DNA of 56,636 nt from a virus (Duplodnaviria; Caudoviricetes). Position numbers and translations under genes: made by a program. Below, piece by piece: positions 28,068-37,885 of the stretch; position 1 is the stretch's first letter, and each line of letters opens with the position of its first letter. The stretch is taken from IMG/VR virus record IMGVR_UViG_3300046167_000031, positions 1 through 56,636 of that record; one strand, written 5' to 3'. Under the pieces are notes generated by a model. That model was not told the origin of the DNA and searched no databases. It saw nothing but the letters and a program-made list of their open reading frames with translations.

Positions 28068-29062
28068 AATTCAGCAGCCCCCTTCATGCCAACAACAGAA
28101 CTATAAGTTTTAGATGTTTTATAAATATAACCACCACTAGTAGTAATTGGATAAAGACTAACACTGCCGCTATTTGTATTAACACTAAGGGTTGGAGTAG
28201 CGCGTTTTTGTTCTGTCCATGTAAAATTTGACAAAACATCAGAAGAACCATAGTCAAGAGGATAAATACTTGTGTCCAAAAGTTCATAGTACCGCTTACA
28301 CTTGCGTAGCGTAGTTCCAAAGTCCTCATGCTCAAAAGCGGTGGCTACTTCTCCGACTTCCATCTGTACGCCTGTTAGGTAAAAGTTGTTGCTGGTGCTA
28401 TCAAAGAAATTTACTTGTCCAACAAATCTATTTACATCTGTTTGGTTTTGCCAAGTTGTAGCTAGTGAACCACTTGTGTGGTCTGTACCTGACATCAATA
28501 TCCATTGAACATAAAAAGTAGCAGCGTTATCATTATCAGTCGCTATAGATGTATCACCTGAAAAAGTTAGTGTCTTATATTCCCAAGTGTCAGCCTGACT
28601 AATAGTGTACTGATGACTTTGAGTTCTGGCAGTAGCATCAGCGTGGTAAATATCAACAACATAAATTCCAGTTTTTGTTGAACGTACCCAGAATGATATG
28701 GTTAAGGATTTTGCACCTGATGAGCCATACGCTAGTCTTTGTAAGTTTTGTCCCTCAATAATTTGCCTTAAAAGGGCGACTTCTGCTGCGCCAACAGAAG
28801 AATCTACAGTTGTGCAGTCTACTAAAATGCTGTTGTTGAAACCTTGCCCAGAAGGAACCACTGTTGATTGCTGTAAATTGGCAGCTAACGCACCGCTGTT
28901 GTGATACATATTCCAACGGTCAACAAAATATACGGCAGAACCATTACTTGCAGTTTGATTGCCACGTTGATGAACTGTTGCCGCACCGTTGATAATTAGG
29001 TTCTTATCGCCTAACGCCTTTTGCCCACCAATCAGTGCGGCTAGTTCTGCTGCTTTACTCAT
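28064..29062 (-). CDS. Tail fibre / carbohydrate-binding receptor-binding protein
   Basis: NLIING..QRG, DRW, TISFWV, GVQMEVG..ATAFEH, CKRYY. Confidence 0.7.
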   Translation of the reverse strand: MSKAAELAALIGGQKALGDKNLIINGAATVHQRGNQTASNGSAVYFVDRWNMYHNSGALAANLQQSTVVPSGQGFNNSILVDCTTVDSSVGAAEVALLRQIIEGQNLQRLAYGSSGAKSLTISFWVRSTKTGIYVVDIYHADATARTQSHQYTISQADTWEYKTLTFSGDTSIATDNDNAATFYVQWILMSGTDHTSGSLATTWQNQTDVNRFVGQVNFFDSTSNNFYLTGVQMEVGEVATAFEHEDFGTTLRKCKRYYELLDTSIYPLDYGSSDVLSNFTWTEQKRATPTLSVNTNSGSVSLYPITTSGGYIYKTSKTYSSVVGMKGAAEL

Positions 29063-29436
29063 GCTAGGTCTCCGTGAATAGATGCACATGCTTTCGTAGT
29101 GTCTGCTCTACCAGCAGCAGAACGCCAAACACCAAGTTGTGCTTGATTTGTTGGTGCGCCTATAATTGAAACAAGGTCTGCATTACTACCACCATTATCA
29201 TCACCAGCGGTGCATATTACATAATTTGCTGTTGCTTGCGCTGTCGTGTAAGTAGCATCAAAAGTTCCAGTCCCATCATCTGTAATTGAGGCAATGTTGA
29301 ATGAATCTACGTTTGCTCCAGTAGCCATATTAATGTGAACCCACGCCTTCGCACTACCATTGGCAACATAACTCATGCCCACGCTGTTGTTCCCGCTGGC
29401 ATCCTTTAATGTGTTAACTCTAAGTTCGCTTGCCAT
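29059..29436 (-). CDS. GDLA-family tail protein, cassette 2 subunit D
   Basis: GSAKAWV..DSFN..TDDGTG..GDLA. Confidence 0.75.
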   Translation of the reverse strand: MASELRVNTLKDASGNNSVGMSYVANGSAKAWVHINMATGANVDSFNIASITDDGTGTFDATYTTAQATANYVICTAGDDNGGSNADLVSIIGAPTNQAQLGVWRSAAGRADTTKACASIHGDLA

Positions 29437-29849
29437 TACGCTAGGTCTCCTACTGCCATCATAGTAATCATTCCTGAGTCTGTAGCGGAGCCATTTTCAA
29501 CATGAAAAGTAGACATAAAAGACGTACTAAGTTGTGTTGCACCTGAAAGCGTAGAGGTTGAAACATTTGTATATGATGTTCGTACTTCTGACGATACAAA
29601 AGAAGGGTAATCATTATTTGCAAGGCTTGAAGTACGAGTAAATAGAGTGTTTCCTGTTCCTACATCTGTAAAAGATGAATTATTGAACGTGTCTCCAAGA
29701 GCATTAGAACTAAATTGATTAATTCTTACCCAGTGTTTTGCCAACCCCTGCTGAAGATTAGTCGTGGTTGAGTTGCCCTCGCCAGTAACGCTAATAGAGC
29801 CAGCGGTGGTTACACCTGTTAGTGTATCTACTTTTAGAATACTAGCCAT
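29436..29849 (-). CDS. GDLA-family tail protein, cassette 2 subunit C
   Basis: VTGEGNSTTTNLQQGL..GDLA. Confidence 0.75.
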   Translation of the reverse strand: MASILKVDTLTGVTTAGSISVTGEGNSTTTNLQQGLAKHWVRINQFSSNALGDTFNNSSFTDVGTGNTLFTRTSSLANNDYPSFVSSEVRTSYTNVSTSTLSGATQLSTSFMSTFHVENGSATDSGMITMMAVGDLA

Positions 29850-30232
29850 TATGCAAGGTCTCCCCAAATTTGAGAACTACACTCAGTTGCATCCACTCTT
29901 CCATCAGGTACATTAAAACAAGTCACATTTACTTGACTTGTTGTCATTAAACCAGAACTGTCGTGTCCAAAAACTGTACTAGCACCGTTACCGCTTACGC
30001 CATTGTGGTTGCCCGATAGAGAATAATTAGCATCTGAAAAAGAATTTGTGAAAGACAAATCAAACGCACCTGTTCCAAAATCGGATATGCTGGATAAGTT
30101 AAAACTTTTTGTTATGCTACCCGCAGACATATTGATTCTACTAAAATGCTTTGACGGGGCTTGCTTAGTTAACCCAACAGGACCAGTGCCAGCCTTATCT
30201 GCAATAGTATCTACATTCAATACGCTGGTCAT
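29849..30232 (-). CDS. GDLA-family tail protein, cassette 2 subunit B
   Basis: GPVGLTK..KHF..GDLA. Confidence 0.75.
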   Translation of the reverse strand: MTSVLNVDTIADKAGTGPVGLTKQAPSKHFSRINMSAGSITKSFNLSSISDFGTGAFDLSFTNSFSDANYSLSGNHNGVSGNGASTVFGHDSSGLMTTSQVNVTCFNVPDGRVDATECSSQIWGDLA

Positions 30233-30690
30233 ACGATACTCCAATATCCGTTAACAGTGACGGTGGCATTATCCTGTGTAATAGGACCAGCCGATACACC
30301 GTTAGTTGTCGCACTGATTGTGATGTCAGCAGTAATGGTCTGCCCATTGGTACGGATGATGCTGTCATTGCCTAAGAATGGGTAGCGTGTGTCAGCCTCT
30401 GCCTTAGTGTACGAGTTTGCTACAGAGAATGTGTCATAGATAACCATCTCAACTACGTCATTGAGGGATGCCCCTGTGACCAGTACCATTGTTGTACCTG
30501 TCGTGGCTGTATAGTCTGTACCGGGTTTGAGTAGGACACCATTCTGGTACACGTCCATGTACAGGCTATCCTGATAGGTCAGTACCTTTGCATCTTGGTC
30601 ACTGCCAGAGAAGCTAGTCTGTCCTGCTGTCGCCTGATATATAAAGCGATTGCGAACTCCTACTGATGGGGATTTTCCAATGTATGGCAT
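30229..30690 (-). CDS. MPYIG-type tail protein, cassette 2 subunit A
   Basis: MPYIG start; VYQNGVLL; RTNGQ..AGP. Confidence 0.7.
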   Translation of the reverse strand: MPYIGKSPSVGVRNRFIYQATAGQTSFSGSDQDAKVLTYQDSLYMDVYQNGVLLKPGTDYTATTGTTMVLVTGASLNDVVEMVIYDTFSVANSYTKAEADTRYPFLGNDSIIRTNGQTITADITISATTNGVSAGPITQDNATVTVNGYWSIV

Positions 30691-30699
30691 CGTTCTTCC

Positions 30700-30948
30700 T
30701 TATGGTTTCGTAGGCCAAGTAACATCGTCTAGTGATGTGGCTGTTTTAGTTATGTCTCGTAAATCTTGGCGGTACCTTGTTTGTGCTGATGACATGGTAA
30801 GGTCGCTAGATGCCCACCAATCTGTTTCTGCAAGTTTGGCATCACGTTTTTCACGGAGAATATCCAACTTTTCAGATGCGCTATAGTCAGTTTGCGTGAA
30901 ATCTATTTCAGTAACTTCACCAGTAGTTATGTTATGTTCTTTTGCCAT
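30700..30948 (-). CDS. Tail assembly chaperone-like protein
   Basis: LREKRDAKLAETDW..YRQDLRDIT..WPTKP. Confidence 0.7.
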   Translation of the reverse strand: MAKEHNITTGEVTEIDFTQTDYSASEKLDILREKRDAKLAETDWWASSDLTMSSAQTRYRQDLRDITKTATSLDDVTWPTKP

Positions 30949-30953
30949 AATTT

Positions 30954-31481
30954 TTACCTAAATAAAACCTGCATTGTACCGCCACCATCAAATGTTCCAG
31001 TAGTCATGCAAGACATAGCAACTCTGTCTAATGGCGCAGACAAATCTATAGAACCTGTACCAAATAATTGACCTGCATAATCCGTAGCTAAAGTGGTAAA
31101 ATAGTGTCCATTCCAAAGGTCATCTGTGCCATTAGTTCTATACAAAGACAAAAAACCATGCATAACTATACCCGCACCCCAATTTCCTATTTCAAAACCA
31201 CCTGAAGTTGCACCTCTTCCTGTATTAGTAGAATCATATATGAATGCGTACTGGTCAGTGTAACCAGAAGTCACTAACCCAGAACCAGTGCCAACGTGAA
31301 GTTGTATGCCGGGGCTACCTGAACTGGTGCTAACTCCGTTCCAAAAAACATGAACTTCACGCACTCCATCTGGTATGCCCGTTACAGAATGAGATGAGGA
31401 GTCAAGAGTAATCTTTGAACTCTCTGTAAACCCTTGACTGCCAATAGCTAGCCCATCATTTCTAATTGTGGTCAGTGCCAT
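30954..31481 (-). CDS. Putative receptor-binding tail protein
   Basis: MALT start, beta-rich, lies next to a chaperone gene. Confidence 0.55.
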   Translation of the reverse strand: MALTTIRNDGLAIGSQGFTESSKITLDSSSHSVTGIPDGVREVHVFWNGVSTSSGSPGIQLHVGTGSGLVTSGYTDQYAFIYDSTNTGRGATSGGFEIGNWGAGIVMHGFLSLYRTNGTDDLWNGHYFTTLATDYAGQLFGTGSIDLSAPLDRVAMSCMTTGTFDGGGTMQVLFR

Positions 31482-31491
31482 CTACTTATCC

Positions 31492-31863
31492 TTATGCGTA
31501 AGGGCTGTCACCCAACACAGATGTATCCCAAGCTGCTTTGAGTTTAGCAATTGTGTCTGCACTACCAATTGCAGAAGCGGCTGGTGCATCACGCAGTGCA
31601 GCTTTTTTAGTTACTGATGCTGCTTTTGCATCTGCGTCATCAGCTTCTAGTGCTTTCATGTACACGACATCCTCTGCATCAAGCAGTGGCTTACGTACTT
31701 CACGGATTTTGTCCTTGAAGATTACTTTGGCTGCAGCTACATCTTCTGATATAACTGTGCCATCCAATGACCATGCACCACGAAAGTGACGGTCAGAAGG
31801 AACGGTTGCTGATGAGGCATCAATCTGATTCCCGTCCTTGTCTACGATGTATGTTTGTGCCAT
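31492..31863 (-). CDS. Tail-fibre chaperone-like protein
   Basis: IREVRKPLLDAED..ALRDAPA. Confidence 0.55.
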   Translation of the reverse strand: MAQTYIVDKDGNQIDASSATVPSDRHFRGAWSLDGTVISEDVAAAKVIFKDKIREVRKPLLDAEDVVYMKALEADDADAKAASVTKKAALRDAPAASAIGSADTIAKLKAAWDTSVLGDSPYA

Positions 31864-31876
31864 TAGGTTTCTCCTC

Positions 31877-32350
31877 TTAGGCTGCTAAATCAGTGACGCT
31901 AAGTTCTTCAGTAATCTTCCAAGCGTTGCGCCACTCACGAGTGCTTGGTAACTGTTCTTTACGGCAGATAACCAGTTTAGGTTTATTGCCTTCATTCCAT
32001 GTCTGCCATACAGACTGTGGACAATCTTTCATAATTAGGTACTCAATAGCTTCTTCTTCTGTCATAGCATCAACAGGCTGGGTGTCATGTAGCAGATAGC
32101 CACGAGTATGTTTCTTGAAGTCTGGTTGTGCTTCATCTTTAGCTAGTTCCCAGTATACTTGCACAGGTGGTAGGATACCGCCCTGCAAAGCGCAAGCCAT
32201 CCAATTCGGGTCAGGTACAAGTATCTTTGCACATTCGTCTATGCTGTCCTCGTACACTACACGGTAGTCTGACTGTACACCTTCTAGGTTTTCTTTAGCC
32301 CAGCATAGTCTGTCAAATAGGTGTGTGCCTTGAAACTCTGGTGTGTCCAT
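31877..32350 (-). CDS. Tail-module hypothetical protein
   Basis: LPSTREWRNAW motif, echoed by VPSDRHFRGAW in the next gene. Confidence 0.65.
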   Translation of the reverse strand: MDTPEFQGTHLFDRLCWAKENLEGVQSDYRVVYEDSIDECAKILVPDPNWMACALQGGILPPVQVYWELAKDEAQPDFKKHTRGYLLHDTQPVDAMTEEEAIEYLIMKDCPQSVWQTWNEGNKPKLVICRKEQLPSTREWRNAWKITEELSVTDLAA

Positions 32351-32733
32351 TATGCTAGGTCTCCGTGGACTGTATTAATTACCAATGATGTATCGGTTAA
32401 AGAATTTGATTCGTAATGCCTTGCATGTCCTTTTGCGCTAGTGTTATTTGACCCCCCTGCTGTTCTATTGAAGGCATCATTACTAGTGTTAGCATCAGAA
32501 TTAACATGGATTGCAAAATCTCCATTATCCATACTGTTAGTGAAATTAGTATCGTATTTACCTGTCGCAACGTCTGTTAAACTCGCCACATTAAAACTGT
32601 CAGTTAGTGCAATAGTACCAGTTCCAACAAAATTAGCCCAAGACTTCGCACTACCATTCACCACAAACTGCGTATCAACCGTGCCAGCGGTGCTGTGTTC
32701 TAGGGTATCTGCTTTGATTTTTCCTAGTGCCAT
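32350..32733 (-). CDS. GDLA-family tail protein, cassette 1 subunit D
   Basis: GSAKSWA..DSFN..HGDLA. Confidence 0.75.
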   Translation of the reverse strand: MALGKIKADTLEHSTAGTVDTQFVVNGSAKSWANFVGTGTIALTDSFNVASLTDVATGKYDTNFTNSMDNGDFAIHVNSDANTSNDAFNRTAGGSNNTSAKGHARHYESNSLTDTSLVINTVHGDLA

Positions 32734-33164
32734 TATGCAAGGTCTCCCGCTACACCACACCCATCAATCAAGTGACTATCTGTAAAATTGCCATTAGATG
32801 CAGAAGTGCTACCGTACATTGCGGCATAGTTTATATTGCTTGATGCCTGTGTATAAAAATGGTGGCTTGCACCGCCTCTAGTACCGCCTGAATTTCCATC
32901 AGCAATCATACCGTCAATGACAAAGAAATTTCCGCTACTCATATTACTTGTAAAGTCCTGTTGTTTTCTGCCGACAGACACATCTGTGAGTGAACTGCAA
33001 TTGAAACTGTCGTCCGCAACAGGTGTGCCACCACCAGAATAATCTGCCCAGACTTTAATCAAACCCTGCTGCAAGTTAGTGGTCGTGCTATTACCTTCAC
33101 CTGTTACAAGGATAGACCCAGCGGTGCTTGTGCCAGTGAGTTTGTTTGTTAGTATCTCACTCAT
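32733..33164 (-). CDS. GDLA-family tail protein, cassette 1 subunit C
   Basis: VTGEGNSTTTNLQQGL..GDLA. Confidence 0.75.
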   Translation of the reverse strand: MSEILTNKLTGTSTAGSILVTGEGNSTTTNLQQGLIKVWADYSGGGTPVADDSFNCSSLTDVSVGRKQQDFTSNMSSGNFFVIDGMIADGNSGGTRGGASHHFYTQASSNINYAAMYGSTSASNGNFTDSHLIDGCGVAGDLA

Positions 33165-33559
33165 GCTAAGTCTCCCGCACTTTCAACAGAATTATATTTG
33201 TAATCAAAAGGGGCTGCACTAGTGTTGTTAGCATACACTGATACAACTTCTATTGAACTTGTAAGTATATCCGCTGAATTAACAGGGTTAATATCAAGGG
33301 AGTAGGTCGTCAAATCATTTACATTACCAATACCGCTATTATGTGTCCGACCCATCGCAATGGCAAAATTATTGGTGTAATTTAATCGCTGCTGACCTGT
33401 ACCAATGTCGGTAAAACTACTGTTGTTAAGACTATCATAAGCAACACCAGAACCGCTTGTTAAATCATAAGCAGCAAAATGTTTCATTGTTCCTATTTTA
33501 GTCAGCGTAACAGGGCCACCGCCTGTGCTTTGTATGGTATCTGCTTTTAATGTACTCAT
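33161..33559 (-). CDS. GDLA-family tail protein, cassette 1 subunit B
   Basis: GPVTLTK..KHF..GDLA. Confidence 0.75.
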   Translation of the reverse strand: MSTLKADTIQSTGGGPVTLTKIGTMKHFAAYDLTSGSGVAYDSLNNSSFTDIGTGQQRLNYTNNFAIAMGRTHNSGIGNVNDLTTYSLDINPVNSADILTSSIEVVSVYANNTSAAPFDYKYNSVESAGDLA

Positions 33560-34005
33560 AGCGTCACCAATGTCCCACCGCTTTCAACGGTTAATGTAAC
33601 ACCAGAAGCCACAGTAAACGGACCAGTTACGTTGGCGTTCTCTGTAGCTAGGATGGTTGTATTTGCTGTGAGGGATTGTGCATTGGTACGGAACAAACCA
33701 CCAGCCTTGAAGTTACCTTTATTCTCAGCAGGTGGTGTAATTGTACCAGCTTGAGGTGCTAGGTAATTTACAAAGATGTTACCTGTACCAGAGGAAGGGG
33801 CAGCAGTGAATGTAAGTGTAGTTCCATCAGGAATAGTGTAGGCTGCTGTGTCTTGCACAACGCCATCGACTGACACCAGTACGTCTTGCACAGAAGATAC
33901 TGTGGTAGTCAGTGTAAATGTAGTATCGGAACCGTCACCATTAAAGCGTTGTACAGCCTTAGTAGCTTGATAAGAACCCGGAACTTTTTGACCAATATAC
34001 GGCAT
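33556..34005 (-). CDS. MPYIG-type tail protein, cassette 1 subunit A
   Basis: MPYIG start; VSVDGVVQ; RTNAQ..TGP. Confidence 0.7.
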   Translation of the reverse strand: MPYIGQKVPGSYQATKAVQRFNGDGSDTTFTLTTTVSSVQDVLVSVDGVVQDTAAYTIPDGTTLTFTAAPSSGTGNIFVNYLAPQAGTITPPAENKGNFKAGGLFRTNAQSLTANTTILATENANVTGPFTVASGVTLTVESGGTLVTL

Positions 34006-34015
34006 ACTTTATTCC

Positions 34016-34348
34016 TTATGAACTAATAGTATCAACTACAGAAACCCAAACATCTGCGCTTGATGCAGTATCACTCTTTACGTTGAGTATATCGCCAGAC
34101 TGTAGTACAACTTTTGCACCGCCGTCCAAGACTTGCAGGGCTGAACCTACTGGAATTGGGGCATCCTTAATGATATAGTAATCATCAGTGCCACCTGCAC
34201 CAGTGATGTATACATCCATTAAGATTTGGGTAGTTGTAACATTAGCGATATTGATACCAATAAGAGCATCATCGGAGTTAGCGGTACGTAAAGCGACTTC
34301 ACTTGTACCAACATTCCGTGCAATGTTTCTTTCAAAATCCTGTGCCAT
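34016..34348 (-). CDS. Small beta-rich virion protein
   Basis: AGGAG RBS; resembles the 53099-53458 product. Confidence 0.65.
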   Translation of the reverse strand: MAQDFERNIARNVGTSEVALRTANSDDALIGINIANVTTTQILMDVYITGAGGTDDYYIIKDAPIPVGSALQVLDGGAKVVLQSGDILNVKSDTASSADVWVSVVDTISS

Positions 34349-34374
34349 TTCATCTCCTAATTAAGATAAGTATA

Positions 34375-34403
34375 ATTATACCATACTTTTATTCATTTGT
34401 CAA
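34375..34403 (-). promoter_or_regulatory. Sigma70-type promoter for the tail cassettes
   Basis: TTGACA-17-TATAAT. Confidence 0.8.
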
Positions 34404-34406
34404 GTA

Positions 34407-36362
34407 CTAAAGCGCAATCGCCATAGCCACTGCGAAGCCAGCCGTTGCACCTGCAGATGGTAAGTTAGTTAGCTGTGACCCATCTACTGCTGGTAGTCTA
34501 GCAGAACCATCTAAGACAATCGCATTGCCAGCAGATGTTCCAGTGTTCAAAACCGCTGCTGTCCCTAGCCCTAGTGATGTACGTGCTGTACCTGCAGTCT
34601 CTAATACAAAGTTAGAACCGTCACCTACAATAAAGCCGCCATCTGTTACTGCTAGTCCAGCTACGTCTTGAAGCTGTGCATCTAGTCTTGCATTAGCGAT
34701 TGTACCTGTAAGCTGTGTGGCTACGATAGACTTGTTAGTTAGTGTCTGTGTAGCTGTAGTACCTACAATTTCTTGACTACTACCTGCGGGTAGTGTAAGT
34801 GTGTTAGTTACGGATGCAGAGTGTGGCTGTGGCTGTATGGTCTGTGCATGTGCATTGCTGCTTTCACAATAAAACTTAACCTGAGAAACTGAACCTGTAC
34901 CTGTACGAATATCTACAAGACCATCAGATATAGTAACACCGCCGCTAGAGCCGTTACCGTCAAGATTAACTTTACCAGAACCATTAGGTAGTAAGTTAAT
35001 GTTAGCATTTGATGTAGATACAATGTCATTACCGTTGACATCTAAGTCGCCACCTAGCTGTGGGCTTGTGTCATCTACAACTGCGTTAATGCCGCTACCT
35101 GCAGAAGTAATAGCCGACACAGTAGCTTTACGCAAAGCTGTAGCTGAATTATCATACACCAATATAAAATCATTAGCGGCATCAATGGTAGCTTCAGTGG
35201 TCTGCCCAGTAATAACTGTAGAATCTACAGCAATATCTCCGGCATTAGCAGTAATACCTGCACCACCAATGACATTAAGTGTAACATCACCTGATGTACC
35301 ACCACCTGTCATACCTGTACCAGCAACTACAGAAGTAATGTCACCTACTGGTATAGCAGCTACTTCAGCATCTACATAAGCTTTAATTGATTGTTGGGTA
35401 GCAAGATGAGTGGCACTGTCAGATGCCATATTATCTTCATCTTTAATAGAAGTTCCACTTATTGTACCGTTTAGGACAGCACTTGTCAAGGTTTTATTTG
35501 TTAATGTTTTTGTACTTTGTGCTAGATAGGTGTCAAATGTATCTACGGATGTCTGGCGCATTGTGCCATTATCATTAGTCAGGATACCGTCACCACCAGC
35601 CACGGCTGTTGTACCTACAGTAGAGCCACCATCTGTCAGGTTAAGTTCTGCTGTCGTAGCTGTAACACCGTCAAGGATGTTTAACTCAGCAGTAGTAGAG
35701 GTTACACCATCTAAGATGTTTAGTTCTGCGGCTGTTGATGTAACGCCATCTAGTATGTTAAGTTCTGCAGTGGTAGATGTTACACCATCCATGATGTTCA
35801 ACTCTGCTGCAGTAGCTGAGATAGCTGTACCGTTAAAGTTGATAGCGTCTACATATGCCACGCCATCTATGTACAGGTCTTTCCATTCTGCAGAGGAACT
35901 ACCAATGTCACGAGTGTTATCCGCATCAGGTATTAGGTCAGCACCAAGAGTACCAGATACAATTACGTTACCTGATAGGGTCATAGTGCCAGCAATGTTA
36001 GCTGCACCAGCTATGTTTAAGTCTTTAAACTTCTTAGAACTAGAGCCTAAGTCAATGTCGTTGTTTGTAGTAGGCTCAAGTACACCATCCTTAACTACAA
36101 ACTGTTCTGTAGATGTACCACCTACATCAATATTAAATTCTACTTGGTTATTAGTATCATCAACGACAACTTTGTTCTTAGGTATAGCAACTCCGGGGTC
36201 TCCAATCAATCCTATGACTGGACCTTCAGCGGCTGTACCATCGTGCTTGTGACCTGTTGTGTTATTGAAACTACTTAGTAGTTGGTTAAACTCGTCATTA
36301 CTGTCTGCTGCGGTGATAATATCGCCATCAGCAAAACTTGACTGTCTAGTATAACCTGCCAT
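34407..36362 (-). CDS. Proximal tail fibre protein
   Basis: GHKHDG N-terminus; about five 13-aa TAAELNILDGVTS repeats; AVAMAIAL end. Confidence 0.8.
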   Translation of the reverse strand: MAGYTRQSSFADGDIITAADSNDEFNQLLSSFNNTTGHKHDGTAAEGPVIGLIGDPGVAIPKNKVVVDDTNNQVEFNIDVGGTSTEQFVVKDGVLEPTTNNDIDLGSSSKKFKDLNIAGAANIAGTMTLSGNVIVSGTLGADLIPDADNTRDIGSSSAEWKDLYIDGVAYVDAINFNGTAISATAAELNIMDGVTSTTAELNILDGVTSTAAELNILDGVTSTTAELNILDGVTATTAELNLTDGGSTVGTTAVAGGDGILTNDNGTMRQTSVDTFDTYLAQSTKTLTNKTLTSAVLNGTISGTSIKDEDNMASDSATHLATQQSIKAYVDAEVAAIPVGDITSVVAGTGMTGGGTSGDVTLNVIGGAGITANAGDIAVDSTVITGQTTEATIDAANDFILVYDNSATALRKATVSAITSAGSGINAVVDDTSPQLGGDLDVNGNDIVSTSNANINLLPNGSGKVNLDGNGSSGGVTISDGLVDIRTGTGSVSQVKFYCESSNAHAQTIQPQPHSASVTNTLTLPAGSSQEIVGTTATQTLTNKSIVATQLTGTIANARLDAQLQDVAGLAVTDGGFIVGDGSNFVLETAGTARTSLGLGTAAVLNTGTSAGNAIVLDGSARLPAVDGSQLTNLPSAGATAGFAVAMAIAL

Positions 36363-36365
36363 TTA

Positions 36366-37874
36366 TTATCTCCTTGCGTCAGCTTGGAAACTCTAGCTGA
36401 AATCCTTTTAATGAGTAGGGGGCTGAAGTACCTCTATCGTTTACTCGTAGGGCTACAGCAAAGCCACTACCTTCAATTGGCTGTCTTACTAATGGGTTTG
36501 ACTGTCCACCATAAGTAGCTGTACCGTATAATGATGAGCCGTAGATAGCTACTGATGTAGATGTATCAAACGGATAAGCTGCTGGTCTTGCCACATTAGG
36601 TGCTTCGTAATCATACCTAACAAATAAATCTGCATTAACGGCTGCTTCAGGTGCGTAGTTAATAATCACTCGTTGAAATGATTTACGTATACCCGCATCA
36701 CCCATAGTCAAATCAGGTGAGCGATATTTACCTGTTACGTTATTGCCATCAAAGTCATTGCCTTGTTCTTGCCGATAAACGAAACCATCAAACTCACCAT
36801 GTACAACAATGCTTTCACCGCTAACGGTAATAAAGTCCTGTACTACTAGGACGTATCCCTAAGATATCAGCAAACTCAAAACTGTTGTCTTTTCTTACAC
36901 ATATAATTCCTGCAGTCTTTGAACGTACAGTATTTGAGTTAGAAAAGAAAAGACGGTATTGTGTTTTATCAGGAATAACTACAGAACTAAATTCATCTAC
37001 GTCTGATACGCCAGCAAAGCGTTCCTGTATCTGTCGGCTAACTGTACCAAGTTCAACGTCACCAATGTTTGCAGTACCAGCAACAGTACGTAATCCATCA
37101 GGCCCAAGAAAGATTATGTCTCCACCAAATTCTTGAATAGGTTCTACCGTTAAGACAGCCAATTTCTCGTGTTACTGGTTGCAGTTGAAAATCAGCAATA
37201 GTATTTCCAACTAACTTAAATATGCGTTCTTCACAAAATATAAATAGTGAATCACGGAAAGGAAACAAACCAGTAATGTTACTGTCTACACTGATACTGC
37301 CAGCACCATTAGCTGTATTAAAATCTGTATCTGTGTAAGGTGAGGTAAATACTAATTCTTGTGGTGTGCTAGACATACCAGCAAAGAAGAGAGCATTTTT
37401 ATAACCAGTAACAAACTTAGGATTAGAAGGTGCGCCTGTAGCGTTAATGTCAGTTACTGTAGTGTTATCATACTTAGATGCATGATTAGCACCATCTGCC
37501 CAAACAATAAAGTCTGTACCACCTAATGTGTACCTAAAGAAAGTATATACACCCGCGTTACTTCTGCCTGTGTCAATCTGCGTCCAGCTACCTGTAGTGC
37601 CGCCCTTATGTACCTTGCCACCACGTGCAGCAATGATATTGCCTTTAAAGTAAGCTGACATAAGTACAGCTTCTGATGCACTAGCATCTTGTGGTACAAT
37701 ATTAGGGTTCCATTTAGCGTAGCCTGAAATGCGTCTATAACCACCTTGAATATCCGGCTCAAAGTTAGTTAGTTCAAGTGCCATTCCCGGCTGCATAGCA
37801 AAAGTAGATTGGTCAAGAACCAGCCCACCCTGACACGCGAATACAAACGGATTAAGGCCAGTTTCATCTGCCAT
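36366..37874 (-). CDS. Tail tubular/nozzle protein (frameshifted in this sequence)
   Basis: Three consecutive ORF pieces rejoin after removing single bases near 37140, 36838 and 36388. Confidence 0.7.
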
Positions 37875-37885
37875 GTTTTATCACC

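Noticed and set aside
29059-33559. Diversity-generating retroelement acting on the tail paralogues
   Set aside because: No reverse transcriptase seen, and no near-identical TR/VR pair with adenine-specific differences.
34999-36252. Long + strand ORFs opposite the tail fibre (also 26187-26729, 45582-46067 and others)
   Set aside because: Antisense shadows of repetitive or biased coding sequence with no RBS.
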